DNA of 64,000 nucleotides from Vairimorpha necatrix (Eukaryota): NCBI GenBank assembly GCA_036630325.1, contig CP142728.1, positions 310,001 to 374,000 of the forward strand, read 5' to 3'. Shown piece by piece: positions 61,386 to 64,000 of this stretch (position 1 is its first letter; each line of letters starts with the position of its first letter). The notes under the pieces were generated by a model. It saw only the letters and a program-made list of their open reading frames with translations, ran no database searches and was not told where the DNA came from. The position numbers and the translations under genes were made by a program.

Positions 61386-61892
61386 TTATAGCACATGTTT
61401 ATAATCCGGTTTTTTATCATTGATAATTCTATTTATTTCTTTTATTAGGTCTCCTTTTGATTCAATCAATTCATAAACTATTTCATTAATTTCATCTTGT
61501 TCTAACTTCTTAGATGTTAGAAATCCCAAAAGAAATTGTAAAATATTAATGTTCTCACTGAATCTTGTAATCATATCCGTATATGCTTGATCTTTATACT
61601 TAATGTGTTTATCTCTAATTTGTATTATTTCTTGTATTCTCTTGTTTTTATCAGATTCCCTTTTAAATAATTCTAAATCATCTGTCTCATATAAGAAATC
61701 AGACTCTTCTCGACTATTTTCACTTTCCACTTCTTTATTCATTTCCTTATTTAATTGATCATTTTCTATCAATGTGAAACATTTTTTATCTTCATTACTG
61801 GCATATAATTCCTTTTCATTTTTCTTGTTTTCTTTTTTCCCATTTTTATTTTTCTCATTTTCATTTTTCCCATTTTCATTTTTTTTGTTCAT
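61386..61892 (-). CDS. Hypothetical protein with low-complexity N/E/K N-terminus
   Basis: 168-aa ORF divergent from XRN2; no recognisable domain. Confidence 0.6.
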   Translation of the reverse strand: MNKKNENGKNENEKNKNGKKENKKNEKELYASNEDKKCFTLIENDQLNKEMNKEVESENSREESDFLYETDDLELFKRESDKNKRIQEIIQIRDKHIKYKDQAYTDMITRFSENINILQFLLGFLTSKKLEQDEINEIVYELIESKGDLIKEINRIINDKKPDYKHVL

Positions 61893-62009
61893 GCTAAATT
61901 TATGGATAAAGTTTTTTTTTTATATTTTTTTTTCTAAAATTTGTTTGTTTAATATTTTATAATACAAACAAATTCCCGATATATTTATAACTTAATTTTT
62001 TATCCAAAG

Positions 62010-63848
62010 ATGGGTGTACCAATATTATTTTCATGGTTAAATCAAAAGCATCCCAATTGTATCAGGAAATCTCCTCCTAAACATGTTGATGTTGTTTATA
62101 TTGATTTAAATGCTCTAATACACAATTGTTACAATTCAAATCTCCGATCTTTAGACGAGATTTACATTGACATGCTTGATAGACTAAAAAATGCTATAGA
62201 CAATATTATAGAGAAAACTAGACCTACTAAAATATTGTATATAGCAGTAGATGGTGTAGCACCTGCTGCTAAATTGGCGCACCAACGAAGCAGGAGATAC
62301 AAAGCGGCCTGTGAAAAAATTGACAATTTGGAAGCTGAAGAAGAAGCACTCAATTTAGAGGAGGAATTATTGGCCTGTGATGTTTTTAAAGGGAATGGGT
62401 TTGATTCTAATGCTATTACACCCGGCACGAGTCTCATGGAATATTTGCATAATGGCATAAATGAAATGCTCTTGTACTGTCTCAGTGCAGACCCGAAGTA
62501 TAAAAATTTAAAAGTTATTTACTCAAGCTACTTGGTCCCAGGAGAAGGAGAACAGAAGATCATGGCTTTTTTAAGGAAATATCATGAAAGCCATCCTTCT
62601 GACACTCACTTGCTTTACAGTCCTGACGGAGATATAATTTTCTTGGGTGTTGGGCTGTATGACGTAGATCTCTTTATTATGAGAGAAGATACTTTTAATA
62701 ATCCAAATAAAAAAGTAGTGTGTAACATTTGTACAAAAATGGGCCACACTGATTACCAGTGTAATAAGCCCAGTTCTCTTCTTTACACATACATAGATAT
62801 TCCCGAGTTTAGATCTACTCTCATCAAGGGATTTAATCTTAATCGACAATATGATAAACGAAGAATGCTTGTAGATTGGGTCTTCATATGTTTCCTAATT
62901 GGAAATGACTTCCTTCCTGGTCTTCCTTGCGTGGATATAAAAATTTCTTCAATTGAGTCGCTTACAAATTTATTGTGTAAAAATTTTATAAATTGTAACG
63001 AATATTTAACTACTAACGACAAAATGATCAATTTTCATGTGCTAGAAAACTTTTTTATTGCTCTTAGTAACTTAGAAGACAGTTACTACGTAGTAAAAAC
63101 AAGAATGCTTAATAGATTCTGCGACACTGGTAGAGAAGAAATACCCTTACAAACTAAACAAGGAAAAATGAAGTATTACGCCAGTAAACTCAATGCTCAT
63201 AATCAAACAGAGATAGACAATGTCTCTATGGAATATATTACTGGTATGATATGGATTTATAATTATTATATAAACGGGCGCACCAACTGGGACTGGGTTT
63301 ACCCTTTTCATTTCGCACCTTTTACAAGTGACTTAGTAAAAGTAGTTAGGGCGAGATATCACTTGAAATTGGGCGTGCCTTTGTGCCCATTCGAACAATT
63401 AATGGTCGTCATACCCCCGCAGAGTAAAAATCTCGTACCAGAAAAATTACACCATATTTATGAAAAATTTTCGCAATTTTATCCAGTAAATATTCAGTCA
63501 GACATGTTTGACAAATATTTATCATGGACTAGCGTCGTTTTACTACCTCATTTAAACTCACAACTAGTATTAACTGAAGTAAAAAAAATTTTAAATGAAA
63601 TTAGTGCACCTGAACTTAGTAAAAATGCTCAAGAATCCGATCTCCTTTATACTTCTGATAAAGATTCTGTAATCAATTTACAGAAATTATATTTTAACCT
63701 AAAACCCGTTACAAAATATTTTTTATATAAAATGGTTATTTCAGTATACCCATATTATAAAGCGAAATATACAGGGAATGAACTTGTTTTTAATAATAAG
63801 AAATTTACTAACAAGGCAACGATTGTAAGATTTGATTCTTTACAATAA
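62010..63848 (+). CDS. XRN2: 5'-3' exoribonuclease, Xrn2/Rat1 type
   Basis: MGVP..F.WL, YIDLNALIH, AVDGVAPAAKLAHQRSRRY, FDSNAITPGT, VPGEGEQKI, CNICTKMGHTDYQC knuckle, IGNDFLP, WDWVYPFHFAP, PFEQLMVVIP. Confidence 0.93.
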   Translation: MGVPILFSWLNQKHPNCIRKSPPKHVDVVYIDLNALIHNCYNSNLRSLDEIYIDMLDRLKNAIDNIIEKTRPTKILYIAVDGVAPAAKLAHQRSRRYKAACEKIDNLEAEEEALNLEEELLACDVFKGNGFDSNAITPGTSLMEYLHNGINEMLLYCLSADPKYKNLKVIYSSYLVPGEGEQKIMAFLRKYHESHPSDTHLLYSPDGDIIFLGVGLYDVDLFIMREDTFNNPNKKVVCNICTKMGHTDYQCNKPSSLLYTYIDIPEFRSTLIKGFNLNRQYDKRRMLVDWVFICFLIGNDFLPGLPCVDIKISSIESLTNLLCKNFINCNEYLTTNDKMINFHVLENFFIALSNLEDSYYVVKTRMLNRFCDTGREEIPLQTKQGKMKYYASKLNAHNQTEIDNVSMEYITGMIWIYNYYINGRTNWDWVYPFHFAPFTSDLVKVVRARYHLKLGVPLCPFEQLMVVIPPQSKNLVPEKLHHIYEKFSQFYPVNIQSDMFDKYLSWTSVVLLPHLNSQLVLTEVKKILNEISAPELSKNAQESDLLYTSDKDSVINLQKLYFNLKPVTKYFLYKMVISVYPYYKAKYTGNELVFNNKKFTNKATIVRFDSLQ

Positions 63849-64000
63849 AACTTTTATTCTTATCTAATTTATATTAAAAATTCCTTTTTTAAATGATCTA
63901 GTACTTATAAACAAATTTTCTATGCTATTATATTTATTATTGGTTTTCAGTTTTAAAAATATCCATACGCACAATTTGAATTTTTCATTAAATTTGCTTT

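Overview
AT-rich eukaryotic DNA with the hallmarks of a microsporidian genome: compact, nearly intron-free genes, a CCC motif just upstream of most start codons, one 32-nt GTAAGT...TAAT...AG intron, and mitosomal import genes (Sam50, Tom70). Two gene-dense housekeeping islands (about 12.3-14.4 kb: Sec61beta, Rad52, Sft2, Zip3/RNF212-like; about 53.4-63.8 kb: Tom70, E1-like, Elf1, exosome RNase PH, MLH3-like, tRNA-Glu, ZIP, Xrn2) bracket a gene-sparse, repeat-rich region. That region holds five copies of a ~317-aa putatively secreted family carrying an (L/I)P(I/F/L)KKR motif. One copy has LPIKKRKT, identical to the MeCP2 NCoR/TBL1-binding peptide. Mobile elements in the window: two ~3.1-kb Ty3/gypsy elements with only 38- and 49-bp LTRs and no recognisable protease; a non-autonomous TRIM-like element with 55-bp LTRs; three copies of a ~770-bp tRNA-headed SINE-like element; a FLYWCH-MULE transposon; a Merlin/ISXO2-like transposon; and several RT/REL non-LTR remnants. 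There is also a membrane-anchored, HECT-only E3 ligase. All protein calls come from motif recognition by eye; no searches were run.
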